From NCBI GenBank assembly GCA_937870825.1, contig CALMZO010000056.1, forward strand, positions 5,120 to 69,119: a stretch of DNA of 64,000 bases, in the 5' to 3' direction. The stretch's first letter is position 1. Every line of letters starts with the position of its first letter. Below are positions 9,564 through 18,920 of this stretch, piece by piece. Both the position numbers and the translations under genes were made by a program. The notes under the pieces were generated by a model. The model was not told the DNA's origin and made no database searches. It saw nothing but the letters and a program-made list of their open reading frames with translations. This DNA is from an uncultured Chloroflexota bacterium. GTDB taxonomy: Bacteria; Chloroflexota; Anaerolineae; UBA4142; SHND01.

Positions 9564-10163
9564 ATGCGCGTACTCATTGCAGATGATGAAGCGGTGATTC
9601 GAATGGGTTTGCGGACGATGTTGGAAGACAAAGGACATCAAGTCGTCGCATCGGCGGTGGACGGCGCGTCGGCGGTGCAAATGACGCGCACGGAAAGACC
9701 CGAAGTGATTTTGCTCGATATCAAAATGCCGGGGATGGACGGCATCGAAGCCGCGCGCAAAATTATGCAAGAGCGACCGACGCCGATTGTGATGCTCACC
9801 GCGTTCAGTCAACGCGACCTGGTGAATCAAGCGCGCGAAGCATCCGTATTTGGTTATCTCGTGAAACCGGTCAAAGAAGATTTGTTGGACGCGACGCTTG
9901 ACCTTGCCATGACGCGTTTTCAAGAATGGAAAAAAATGCAGCGCCAAGTGCAGGACTTGCAGAAAAGTTTGGAAGCGCGCGAGGTTGTCGAACGCGCCAA
10001 GCGCGTATTAATCGAGCAGCAAAAATTGAGCGAGCAGCAGGCATTCAACAAAATTCATCGCACCAGTCGTTCGCGGCGCGTGACGATGCAGCAAGTGGCG
10101 CAAGAAATTTTGGACCGTCAGGCAAAAGAAAACAAAACGCAACCAAAACGAGGCGGCAAATGA
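9564..10163 (+). CDS. REC-ANTAR response regulator, PdtaR/EutV-like
   Basis: IADDE, LLDIKMP, YLVKP; C-terminal REVVERAKRVL..LSEQQAFNKI; GGAGG before ATG 9564. Confidence 0.9.
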   Translation: MRVLIADDEAVIRMGLRTMLEDKGHQVVASAVDGASAVQMTRTERPEVILLDIKMPGMDGIEAARKIMQERPTPIVMLTAFSQRDLVNQAREASVFGYLVKPVKEDLLDATLDLAMTRFQEWKKMQRQVQDLQKSLEAREVVERAKRVLIEQQKLSEQQAFNKIHRTSRSRRVTMQQVAQEILDRQAKENKTQPKRGGK

Positions 10164-10181
10164 TAGCCGCCTCGTTTTTTT
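10145..10181 (+). terminator. Intrinsic terminator
   Basis: AAAACGAGGCGGC / GCCGCCTCGTTTT followed by a T run. Confidence 0.8.
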
Positions 10182-10310
10182 CGATTGACGCGTACGAGTT
10201 GCCGCGCGAGGTCACCCGCAAATTTCGTCCGCACACTGCAGCACCAACAACTTTGCACCAAATGCTTTCGTACGAGCAGCATTTTTTTGCCCGTGACGCG
10301 CGGTTCGCTC

Positions 10311-11078
10311 CTATTCCAACGCTTTCAACTTGTCCAAAATGATTTCTGCCGATTTTTTTCCAAATTCCGGGTCGCCGGCGCGGCGATGGTGTTCGAGTTG
10401 GATTTCGTCAACAATCCTGCCATCTTGCAAAAACACAACGCGGTCGGCAAAACTTGCGGCGCGGGCGTCATGCGTGACCATCACAATCGTTTGCGCGAAT
10501 TCATCGCACGAGCGACGCAGCAAGCGCAAAATTTCGTCGCCCGTTTTGGAATCGAGATTGCCTGTCGGTTCGTCGGCGAGAACGATGCTCGGTTCGGTGA
10601 CGAACGCGCGCGCAATGGCAACACGCTGCTGCTGTCCGCCGGACAGTTGGTCGGGCTTGTGGTCGCGGCGTTTTTCGAGACCGACCAGCACAACGAGTTT
10701 GTCAATGCGTTCTTGAAAGCGTTTCGGATTTTTGCCGTCAATGCGCAAGGGCAGCGCGATATTTTCTTCCGCGCTCAGTGTTGGAATCAAATTGTAGAAT
10801 TGAAAAATGAAACCGACATTGCGGCGGCGCACCCGCGTAATTTGGTCGTCGTTCAATTTCGCAAGTCGTTTGCCCGCGAGTGAAATTTCGCCGTCGCTCG
10901 GTTTGTCGAGTCCGCCGAGCAAATGCAGCAGCGTAGATTTCCCCGAACCGCTCGGTCCCATGATTGCGACGAATTCCCCTTGCTGCACAGAAAAATTTAC
11001 GCCCGCGAGCGCGGTCACATTCGCGTCGCCGAGGCGGTACGATTTTACGAGTTGTTGTGTTTCGAGAATTGCAGACAT
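10311..11078 (-). CDS. ABC ATP-binding protein, LolD/MacB family; no adjacent permease
   Basis: [36 protein letters not shown]. Confidence 0.92.
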   Translation of the reverse strand: MSAILETQQLVKSYRLGDANVTALAGVNFSVQQGEFVAIMGPSGSGKSTLLHLLGGLDKPSDGEISLAGKRLAKLNDDQITRVRRRNVGFIFQFYNLIPTLSAEENIALPLRIDGKNPKRFQERIDKLVVLVGLEKRRDHKPDQLSGGQQQRVAIARAFVTEPSIVLADEPTGNLDSKTGDEILRLLRRSCDEFAQTIVMVTHDARAASFADRVVFLQDGRIVDEIQLEHHRRAGDPEFGKKSAEIILDKLKALE

Positions 11079-11138
11079 TGTGAACGGGTAAAGGGATAAA
11101 GTGGTGAACAAGTGAACCGGTGAGTTTATTTAACGGCG

Positions 11139-11167
11139 AGTGTATGATAATATCCCGCGCGCGTCAA
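11139..11167 (-). promoter_or_regulatory. Sigma70-type promoter
   Basis: TTGACG-17 nt-TACACT on the minus strand upstream of the ABC gene. Confidence 0.5.
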
Positions 11168-11175
11168 AGGATTCG

Positions 11176-11295
11176 CGTACGGCAGATGGCAAATTGCATA
11201 TTGCGTGTCGCACCATGCCTGACGTTTGACGTTTCACGTTTCAGGGCAGGCACAAGGCACAGCCCCTGCACCTCACTCCATCTCTCCGTGTCCCC
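11176..11295. repeat. Composite of heptamer arrays and a REP remnant
   Basis: CGTACGG CAGATGG CAAATTG CATATTG; TGACGTT TGACGTT TCACGTT; GGGCAGGCACAAGGCACAGCCCCTGC. Confidence 0.6.
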
Positions 11296-11298
11296 ATT

Positions 11299-11844
11299 AT
11301 GCAAAACGAACTCTACATTTCTGTTGACGTGGAAACGTCCGGTCCGATTCCCGGCGAATACAGTTTGCTCTCGATCGGCGCGTGTGTGGTCGGCAGTCCG
11401 GACAATCCGTTTTATATCGAATTGAAACCGCTCAATGAAAATTTTACGAATGAAGCATTGGAGACGTCGAAATTTGATTTGAAGGAATTGAACAGCAAGG
11501 GCATCGAACCCGCGCGCGCGATGAAACGTTTGGCGAAATGGGTAAAAACTGTTTCCGAAAACGCGCGTCCGATATTTGTCGGCTTTAACGCGCCCTTCGA
11601 TTGGAGTTTTGTCAATTATTATTTCATCAAGTTTGTCGGCTTGAACAAAAATCCGTTCGGCCACACCGCGCTCGACATCAAATCGTATTACATGGGCGCG
11701 TACAAAACCTCGTGGACGGAAACGAGTATGCGAAACTTGCCGCGCGACATTCATTCCCCCGAACAGCCCCTCAATCATCATGCGCTCGCGGACGCGATGC
11801 AGCAGGCAGAAATTTTCCAGAGATTGCTAAGGCGTAGCAAGTAG
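11299..11844 (+). CDS. DEDDh 3'-5' exonuclease
   Basis: SVDVETSGP, FNAPFDW, HHALADA. Confidence 0.85.
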   Translation: MQNELYISVDVETSGPIPGEYSLLSIGACVVGSPDNPFYIELKPLNENFTNEALETSKFDLKELNSKGIEPARAMKRLAKWVKTVSENARPIFVGFNAPFDWSFVNYYFIKFVGLNKNPFGHTALDIKSYYMGAYKTSWTETSMRNLPRDIHSPEQPLNHHALADAMQQAEIFQRLLRRSK

Positions 11845-11897
11845 TAGGTATCAAGTAGCAAGGACGCGTACCACCTGCTACCTACTTCTTACTACTA
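11834..11897. repeat. Inverted heptamer arrays (GTAGCAR family)
   Basis: GTAGCAA GTAGTAG GTATCAA GTAGCAA ... CTGCTAC CTACTTC TTACTAC; contains stop TAG 11842. Confidence 0.8.
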
Positions 11898-11901
11898 TCG
11901 T

Positions 11902-12975
11902 ATGAAACCCTTTGCGCGCAAACTCCTCGCGTGGTACGCAAAAAATAAACGCGCGCTCCCCTGGCGCAAGACGCGTGACCCGTACCGCATTTGGCTTTCG
12001 GAAATTTTATTGCAGCAAACGCGCGTCGAAGCGGTGATTCCCTATTACGAAAAATTTCTCGCGCGTTTTCCTGATGTGTTTGCGCTGGCGAATGCGCCGC
12101 TCGACGATGTGTTGAAAACGTGGGAAGGCGCGGGCTATTATGCGCGGGCGCGCAATTTGCATCGCGCGGCGAAAATTATCGCGGAAAAGTATAGGGGCAA
12201 GTTTCCGAGGGAAATACGGGAACTGAGGGCACTTCCCGGCGTGGGGCGTTATACGGCGGGCGCGCTTGCGAGCATTGCGTTCAACGCGGATGAACCGCTG
12301 GTGGATGGAAATGTCGCGCGGGTGTTGTGTCGCTATTTTGGAATCCGTGAAGATGCAAAAGCAACGGCGACGCAAGAACAACTGTGGAAACATGCGGCGG
12401 ATTTGGTCCCACGAGGGCACGCGCGCGAATTTAATCAGGCGTTGATGGAATTGGGCGCGACGATATGTGTGCCAAAAAATCCGCGCTGTCTGCTTTGTCC
12501 CGTACAAAAAAATTGTGTCGCACGCGAATTGGGTTTGCAAAATGTGTTGCCCGCAAAACGCGCGCGCAAAGCACTGCCGCACAAAATCATCGCGGCGGGT
12601 GTGATTTACAAGCACGGTCGCTCCAAAGGAGATAAAGTTTTGATTCAACAGCGATTGAGCGAGGGACTCCTCGGCGGGCTGTGGGAATTTCCCGGCGGCA
12701 AAGTGGAAGCGGACGAAAGTTTAGAACATTGCGTTGCGCGTGAGGTGCGCGAAGAATTGGGGATTGAAATTCGCGTCGGCGAAAAAATTATTGCGGTGGA
12801 ACACGCGTACTCGCATTTTTCGATTACGCTGCACGCCTTTCGCTGCGAATTTGTTGCGGGACGCGTCAAGTTATCGAGCGCGCAAAAATTCAAATGGGTG
12901 AGACCGCGCGAATTGGAGCGGTACGCGTTTCCGGCGGCGAACAAAAAAATTATCGCGGCACTGCGGAACGAATGA
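11902..12975 (+). CDS. mutY: A/G-specific adenine glycosylase with a C-terminal Nudix domain
   Basis: SEILLQQT, LPGVGRYTA, VDGNVARV, CVPKNPRCLLCPVQKNC 4Fe-4S motif. Confidence 0.95.
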   Translation: MKPFARKLLAWYAKNKRALPWRKTRDPYRIWLSEILLQQTRVEAVIPYYEKFLARFPDVFALANAPLDDVLKTWEGAGYYARARNLHRAAKIIAEKYRGKFPREIRELRALPGVGRYTAGALASIAFNADEPLVDGNVARVLCRYFGIREDAKATATQEQLWKHAADLVPRGHAREFNQALMELGATICVPKNPRCLLCPVQKNCVARELGLQNVLPAKRARKALPHKIIAAGVIYKHGRSKGDKVLIQQRLSEGLLGGLWEFPGGKVEADESLEHCVAREVREELGIEIRVGEKIIAVEHAYSHFSITLHAFRCEFVAGRVKLSSAQKFKWVRPRELERYAFPAANKKIIAALRNE

Positions 12976-13000
12976 ATCCTGTTGCCAAAACCCAACACGT

Positions 13001-13480
13001 TCATTCTTGTTTGGGCGATGCGGACTTGGCGGTCGCCGATGGCGCATCCCCTTCAAGGGGTAAAGTTTCTACCGCGGCAGGTTCCGGAGAACCATTTGCT
13101 GTAACGGGCGCGGCATCAAAACTCGTGCGTTCCTTTGTTCGACCCGGCGCCGGCGCGGCGACAGGCGGATGCCGAAAGAGATAGAGCGCATATTGCGCCG
13201 TCGCATTTGCCAGCGCGACGACCGCCAGGACGGCGATGAAAATCAATGCCAACGTCGGCAGCGGTTCACCGCACACGCGGTCTTCCGGGATGCAGGACAA
13301 CAACCGCAGCCACAAGTGATACAACGCGTACAGGGTGGCAAAAAGAATCAGCGGCGCGAGCCAGCCAACCAGATAGGCGCGGCGTCCCCAAAATTTTTCC
13401 GCGTAAAAAGAAATGCCGACACCCAAGAGCATTGACACGAGTAAAGCACCGCCGCACAAAAGTGCAAACAGAAAATCCAT
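13001..13480 (-). CDS. Small 3-TM hypothetical membrane protein
   Basis: Three hydrophobic segments with a CIPEDRVCGE loop. Confidence 0.6.
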   Translation of the reverse strand: MDFLFALLCGGALLVSMLLGVGISFYAEKFWGRRAYLVGWLAPLILFATLYALYHLWLRLLSCIPEDRVCGEPLPTLALIFIAVLAVVALANATAQYALYLFRHPPVAAPAPGRTKERTSFDAAPVTANGSPEPAAVETLPLEGDAPSATAKSASPKQE

Positions 13481-13483
13481 CTC

Positions 13484-14665
13484 TTACTGTAACGCTTGAA
13501 GCGCGTGAACGAGACGCGCAATGTCCTCTTCCGTATTAAAAAAACCTGTTGCGATGCGATTCAGTTCGGGTTCGGGGACATGACGAATGATAATGTTTTG
13601 TTCGTACAGTTTCGCCGTTACGTCGGCAGGTGCGATGCCATCCACGGTGAAATGCACGAGTCCCGCGATTTCCTCACGCGGCATGTACAATTTCAGACGT
13701 TCGATTTTCGCAAGTTCCTCGTACGCGAATTGTCCAAGTTCGCGCGTGCGCTGATAAATCCAATCCCAACCGATTTCATCGCGCAGCCATTTCAAGCCCT
13801 CGTTAAAGCCCAACAGCGATGGAAAATAATGAAACGCGTATTGATAGCGCATCGCGTTGTCGGCAAATTGAATTTCCGCGTCGGCGCGCGTGACGCGATG
13901 CTTGATGGCGAAATAGCCCGCAAAGGTGTTTTGAAATTTCGGCATCACATCGCGGCGAAGAAACAGACCGCCGATACCGTCGGGACCGCACAACCATTTT
14001 TGCCCGGACAAGGCGTACGCGTCCACACCCAACTCGTACACACGCGACGGCACCATCCCCGCCGACTGCGCCGCATCACAAATCACGAGCGCGCCAACAC
14101 GATGCGCCATTTCACACAATTCGCGGAGCGGCAGCACCGCGCCCGTTGACCACGACACATGTGACAAGACAACGGCTTTGGTGCGTTTGGAAAGCGCGAC
14201 ACGCAACGAAAACACCGGGTCACAATTGCACAGACCAATGTCGGTGTAAATGACGTTGACGCCGTAACGTGCTTTCAAGAGCGCGGCGGGATTGAGACCG
14301 CCTTCGTGTTCGCTATTTGCGGTAATCAATTCATCGCCCGCGCTCCAGTCGAGACCGAGCAGCGCGATGTTCATGCCTTCTGTTGTGTTGTGCGTGAGCG
14401 CGACTTCGTCCACACTGCACGCGAGCAGCTCCGCAATGAGCGTGCGCGAATCGTTCAAGATATTTAAAATGTGTTCAAAGCGCGTTGCGCCGATGCGTCC
14501 CAGTTCCACCTCTTGGCGCGCAAATTCCACAATCGCTTCGAGCGCGCGTTGGGTCAAGGGACCATTCGTGCCGGTGTTGAGATACACCGCGCGCGTGACC
14601 GCTGGCATCTGCGCGCGAATCAGTTCGACTTTTTGGGTGTCGTTGGAAGTGAGAACGTGATTCAT
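13484..14665 (-). CDS. PLP-dependent class V aminotransferase (C-S lyase/cysteine desulfurase-like)
   Basis: YLNTGTNGP, NTTEG, DAAQSAG, SGQKWLCGPDG. Confidence 0.85.
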   Translation of the reverse strand: MNHVLTSNDTQKVELIRAQMPAVTRAVYLNTGTNGPLTQRALEAIVEFARQEVELGRIGATRFEHILNILNDSRTLIAELLACSVDEVALTHNTTEGMNIALLGLDWSAGDELITANSEHEGGLNPAALLKARYGVNVIYTDIGLCNCDPVFSLRVALSKRTKAVVLSHVSWSTGAVLPLRELCEMAHRVGALVICDAAQSAGMVPSRVYELGVDAYALSGQKWLCGPDGIGGLFLRRDVMPKFQNTFAGYFAIKHRVTRADAEIQFADNAMRYQYAFHYFPSLLGFNEGLKWLRDEIGWDWIYQRTRELGQFAYEELAKIERLKLYMPREEIAGLVHFTVDGIAPADVTAKLYEQNIIIRHVPEPELNRIATGFFNTEEDIARLVHALQALQ

Positions 14666-15006
14666 GTCGTTTGTTGTTCAAGTTTTCTCCGCGCCAGCAG
14701 CCACATCACAAATTGAATCGTCGCGCTGATGCCGAAATTAAAAAGTAACACTCCGCCCAAGAGCAAAAACACGTACGCATCGCCTTCGCCGCACGCCAAT
14801 TGATTTTCAGGCGAACAGGGCTGCGCGCTGACGACGCGCGTATACAAAAACCACAACGCAATCGGAATGAGAACGGGAACGAGAAAACCGAACCAATACG
14901 CGCCGCGCGGAAAACGTTTGCGCGTGAGCAACGTGAGACCGATGCCGAGCGCGAATGGCAGCGCGCAGGTGACCGGACAGATGATGAGGGCGACGGAGTT
15001 TTCCAC
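14662..15006 (-). CDS. Small 3-TM hypothetical membrane protein, resembles 13001-13480
   Basis: Hydrophobic segments with a CSPENQLACGE loop; stop overlaps the next ATG. Confidence 0.6.
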   Translation of the reverse strand: MENSVALIICPVTCALPFALGIGLTLLTRKRFPRGAYWFGFLVPVLIPIALWFLYTRVVSAQPCSPENQLACGEGDAYVFLLLGGVLLFNFGISATIQFVMWLLARRKLEQQTT

Positions 15007-15069
15007 ACAGAGCGTGGGGCGACGCATTTTGCGAAACGGAGTTTCGCCGCAAATGCTTTGCCCAACAAA

Positions 15070-15675
15070 TCACACATCACTCCGCGTCAACCATTTTTCC
15101 ACAACGGGCGCGCGATATTCCGCCATTGCGTCGAGCAATGAATTCGCATCCGACGCGACGCGCAGCATCGCGCGATGGTCGGGGCGAATGAACCCTTCGA
15201 AAGTCGCGTGGTCGAACATGGCGAGCAGTGAATCAAAAAATCCTGCGACGTTCAAAATGCCGCAGGGTTTTTGATGCAGTCCGAGTTGCGCCCACGTCAC
15301 GACTTCACAAAATTCGTCATACGTGCCGAATCCGCCCGGCAGCGCAATAAAGCCGTCAGACAAATCTGCCATCAATGCTTTGCGTTCGTGCATCGTGCCG
15401 ACGACGCGCAGTTCGGTGAGCCCGCGATGTTCGACTTCTTTGCGCATGAGATGGTCGGGAATGACGCCGACAACCTCACCCCCCCCTTGCAGCACCGCGT
15501 CCGCAATTACGCCCATCAAGCCGACGCGTCCGCCGCCGTAGACGAGTCCGATTCCGCGCCGCGCCAGTTCATTGCCCAATTCACGCGCCACATCTTGATA
15601 CACCGCGCGCGTCCCAACATTCGAGCCGCAAAAAACACACATGCGCTTGAACGTTTGTCGTTCGTCATTCGTCAT
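15070..15675 (-). CDS. LOG family nucleotide phosphoribohydrolase
   Basis: VFCGS, LVYGGG, MHERKA, PGGFGTYDE. Confidence 0.92.
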   Translation of the reverse strand: MTNDERQTFKRMCVFCGSNVGTRAVYQDVARELGNELARRGIGLVYGGGRVGLMGVIADAVLQGGGEVVGVIPDHLMRKEVEHRGLTELRVVGTMHERKALMADLSDGFIALPGGFGTYDEFCEVVTWAQLGLHQKPCGILNVAGFFDSLLAMFDHATFEGFIRPDHRAMLRVASDANSLLDAMAEYRAPVVEKWLTRSDV

Positions 15676-15678
15676 TCG

Positions 15679-16302
15679 TCAATTGTCCGATTTCTCTTTT
15701 TCTTTTTCTAAACTTGACACGGCATCTTGAACGATTTGCTGCACTTCTTGTTCCGTATTTTTTCGTTCTTGCCATTCTTCGCGCAGGATGCTCATGCACA
15801 CCGTGTCCGCATACGCGCCGTTGCTCCACATGTGCCGGCGCAAACGTCCTTCTTGCACAAAGCCCGCGGCTTGATACGAACGAATCGCGCGCTCGTTCGT
15901 AGCCAACACCTGCAAGCCGATGCGCTGCACGTTCCAATGTGTGAACGCGTAATCTACCAGCAGCCCAATCGCTTCGCGTCCGTATCCTTTGCCCCAATAG
16001 TCTTTGTCGCCAATCGTAATGCCGAGGTCACAGCGATGCGCGACGCCTTTGAACTTGTCAAAGCCGTACAAGCCACATTGTCCGATGACATGCCCATCCG
16101 CTTCGATGGCGAACCACGTGCCGTCGCGTCCGCCTTTTTTCGCGTTCTCGTCAAATTCGCCTTCGAGCCGTTCGAGCGATTGCGGCATCGGTGGGTCGCC
16201 CCCCCCCGCAATTTCGACTTCGGGGTCGTTGTTAAACTCCCACAATCGCATCAAGTCGTCGCGCCGCACGCCGCGCAAAAGGATACGTTCGCCTTTGAGC
16301 AT
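15679..16302 (-). CDS. GNAT acetyltransferase, RimJ/RimL family
   Basis: YWGKGYGREA, NERAIRSYQAAGFVQEG. Confidence 0.85.
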   Translation of the reverse strand: MLKGERILLRGVRRDDLMRLWEFNNDPEVEIAGGGDPPMPQSLERLEGEFDENAKKGGRDGTWFAIEADGHVIGQCGLYGFDKFKGVAHRCDLGITIGDKDYWGKGYGREAIGLLVDYAFTHWNVQRIGLQVLATNERAIRSYQAAGFVQEGRLRRHMWSNGAYADTVCMSILREEWQERKNTEQEVQQIVQDAVSSLEKEKEKSDN

Positions 16303-16310
16303 GTTGACAA

Positions 16311-16397
16311 GCTAAAAGCGCAAAGTTAAAAGCGAAAAAGCCAAGAACCGTCGTGATTTCCCTTTTCGCTTTTAGCTTTTCACTTTGTACTTTGAAA
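16311..16397. repeat. Inverted heptamer arrays
   Basis: GCTAAAA GCGCAAA GTTAAAA GCGAAAA ... CTTTTCG CTTTTAG CTTTTCA CTTTGTA CTTTGAA; contains the stop at 16380. Confidence 0.8.
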
Positions 16398-18335
16398 CAG
16401 TCCGTTCGGATACACCGCCAAATTGTTCCAAAACAAATAGCCGGCGCTGTTCGCATCGTCGGAACCTTGCGCTTGTTTGAGCATGTCGGACAAATTCATT
16501 TGATATGCTTGCAGCCACGGGCGCACAAGCGTCCAATGGTTCGTCGTGCGTTCCTGTGCTTTGAGCGTACCGAATTTCATAATTTCGTACGGACATGCGT
16601 ACGAGTCCGAACAATTGCGAATGCCAAAACCCGCGCCCCACAAATTCGTCGCGTACCGCCACGTCGAAGGATACATCATCGGCGAAATGTAATCGAACGC
16701 GGGCGCGATATTTTCCCACACTTGCCCGATGCCTTGTTCGTCGTCGATGGCGGTGGTGAGACCAAACACATCGCCGGAGAAAAACGCGGCGGTGGGACGC
16801 AACGCTTCACTTGAACGTTCGAGAAAATTTTCAATCACCCCGACGCGATAGTCTGCATCGCCATATTCGCGGGAAAGGATATTGCGCGTGCCGGGATAGC
16901 GAATGTAATCGTACTGGATTTCGTCAAAGCCCATCGCCGCGAGTTCCTTGGCGAGCTCGATGTGATAATCCTGCACCTCGCTCTCGGCAGGATTCGTCCA
17001 GTACGCGGCGTTTTCGTACAAGAGTCCCCCCGCCGCGTTGTGCAGCGCGAGGTCAGGGCGCGCTTTCGCCAACAGCACATCTTTGAACACCGTCACGCGC
17101 GCAATGCAGTACAATTCGAAATCGCGGCAGGTCTGCACTTGGTCTTGCGCGCCATAGTCGCGCGGCAGATACGCGCCGATTTGTTTGGCGAGCGCAGTCT
17201 GCGAGTCCCACGAAATGTAACCGGGGTCTTCTTTGACATCAAAGACCACCGCATTCATTTCCGTATCTTGGAATTGATTGAGCACGAGTTCGGCGTCCGC
17301 TTTTTTGATGCCATAATAGAGATGAATGCCTTTGGCGTTGAACGGCGTCAGCGCAAACTCTTGCGCGCCGCCTCGGGTCAAATCGAACGCGCCGAGCAAA
17401 TAGCCGGGCTTTTTGATGTACAGTTTTGGCGCGGTGGAAAAATCTTCGAGTTTGAAATTGCCGCTCGCGTCAAGCGGCATCGCGCTGTTATTGATGAGAA
17501 GCAGCGCATTCGCAATCGGTTGTTTCGTGTTGGAGTCAACGACGCGGCCCGTCAACGTCGTCGGCTGCAATTGCAAGGTCACCTGTGCCTCGTTCGCCGC
17601 GTTCGCGCTGGCTTGCGCGTAACCCGCCGCTTTGGCGACAATTTGTGTTTCGGCGGTCAGCCCTTTGAGCACCACAACGCCGTTCGCGTCCGTATTCGCG
17701 TCGGTGCCATTCGCGGTCACGCGCACCCCGGGCAGTGGTTTTTGATTCGACGCATCAACGACCAAGACGCGCATTTCCGACGGCGCGAGCGCAATCGTCG
17801 CGACTTGCGAGGTGTCGCCCGCCGACTCGACGCTGACTTGGACCGTGCGATAACCGGGGTACGAAATTTTCAGTTTTGCGCCGTTGCGTACACCGAGCGC
17901 AACAAATTCGCCCTGCGCGTCGGTCTCGTAAATTTGTTCCGCAATTTCGATGCGCGCGTTCGCAAGCGGCTTTTTCGATTCCGTATCCACGACGATGCCG
18001 CGCCATTCGCGCGGCGGCATGATGAGCGCGGTCGAAAAATTTTGTTCCCACAATTCGTCCGCGTTAATTTTTTGCGCGGTCTCTTGAAAGCCGTCGGCAA
18101 AGGCACGCAGTTCCCATTCCCCGCGCGGGAATTGAATTTGGAAAAAACCCTTTTCATTGGAAAAGGTGGAACGTCCCGCCAGGGTGAGCGCGGCTTGTGG
18201 GATGGGCGCGCCGTTGTTGTCCATGATGGTGCCTTGCAATGTTTTGGTTTCGAAATAGGCGATGCCGAGCCCCGCGCCGCCGAGAATAACCGCAATAAGG
18301 ACGAGGAGAATCAAGACGATAGATAATTTTGTCAT
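16380..18335 (-). CDS. Membrane-anchored putative glycoside hydrolase (DUF4015-like) with beta-sandwich repeats
   Basis: N-terminal TM; repeated G.VVD...PLANA units; GFDEIQYDYIRYP, DYISPMMYPS, RPWLQAY. Confidence 0.75.
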   Translation of the reverse strand: MTKLSIVLILLVLIAVILGGAGLGIAYFETKTLQGTIMDNNGAPIPQAALTLAGRSTFSNEKGFFQIQFPRGEWELRAFADGFQETAQKINADELWEQNFSTALIMPPREWRGIVVDTESKKPLANARIEIAEQIYETDAQGEFVALGVRNGAKLKISYPGYRTVQVSVESAGDTSQVATIALAPSEMRVLVVDASNQKPLPGVRVTANGTDANTDANGVVVLKGLTAETQIVAKAAGYAQASANAANEAQVTLQLQPTTLTGRVVDSNTKQPIANALLLINNSAMPLDASGNFKLEDFSTAPKLYIKKPGYLLGAFDLTRGGAQEFALTPFNAKGIHLYYGIKKADAELVLNQFQDTEMNAVVFDVKEDPGYISWDSQTALAKQIGAYLPRDYGAQDQVQTCRDFELYCIARVTVFKDVLLAKARPDLALHNAAGGLLYENAAYWTNPAESEVQDYHIELAKELAAMGFDEIQYDYIRYPGTRNILSREYGDADYRVGVIENFLERSSEALRPTAAFFSGDVFGLTTAIDDEQGIGQVWENIAPAFDYISPMMYPSTWRYATNLWGAGFGIRNCSDSYACPYEIMKFGTLKAQERTTNHWTLVRPWLQAYQMNLSDMLKQAQGSDDANSAGYLFWNNLAVYPNGLFQSTK

Positions 18336-18398
18336 GGAGATTGGAGGTGGAGTCGTATTCAGCAAGCCGTTAACAGCAATCAGGTTCCAAATGGACAA

Positions 18399-18460
18399 TG
18401 ACGTTTGACGTTTCACGCTTGACGTCTTTCATTGTGCATTGTGTATTGCGCATTGTTCAT
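18399..18460. repeat. Two adjacent heptamer arrays
   Basis: TGACGTT TGACGTT TCACGCT TGACG, then CATTGTG CATTGTG TATTGCG CATTGTT. Confidence 0.75.
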
Positions 18461-18554
18461 TCATTATAACATGTGCCGCGCGCGGTGAAAAAAAGAACGC
18501 GCGCGCAGACTTGATTCCTCCCTTTTCCTTTACGGTTTCTCCTCTGCCGTACGC

Positions 18555-18697
18555 TTTTCCACAATTCCACACGTCTCATCCACAGATTCCTGCAAGTTAT
18601 CCACATTTTTATTTTTTTCTAGTGGGTCAAGCTCAAGGCACATACAAGCATTAGGGGATGCACACGTTTTCCACACAAACGGTGGAATTTATCCACA
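18555..18697. promoter_or_regulatory. DnaA-box cluster upstream of dnaA (oriC part 1 / autoregulation)
   Basis: TTATCCACA at 18597 and 18689, TTTTCCACA at 18555 and 18667, TCATCCACA at 18576. Confidence 0.88.
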
Positions 18698-18761
18698 CTT
18701 GATTCTGGATTACACAATGTTAAAGATTGCGCGCGCGCGTCGAGATTTTAAGGTGAATGTC

Positions 18762-18790
18762 TTGCGCGCGAGCGGGCATCCTGCTAAGAT
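18762..18790 (+). promoter_or_regulatory. Putative dnaA promoter with extended -10
   Basis: TTGCGC-17 nt (ending TGc)-TAAGAT. Confidence 0.55.
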
Positions 18791-18920
18791 ACCGCACGCG
18801 TCGCAATTGGGGGAAAAACTTTTTCCGAATGCGGCGTGTATTTTTCTCGACCTTCGCCTGGACATGTGATTGAAATTTCCTCTTCAATCACAAAATTTTT
18901 TTTCTGGACGGTTCGAACTT

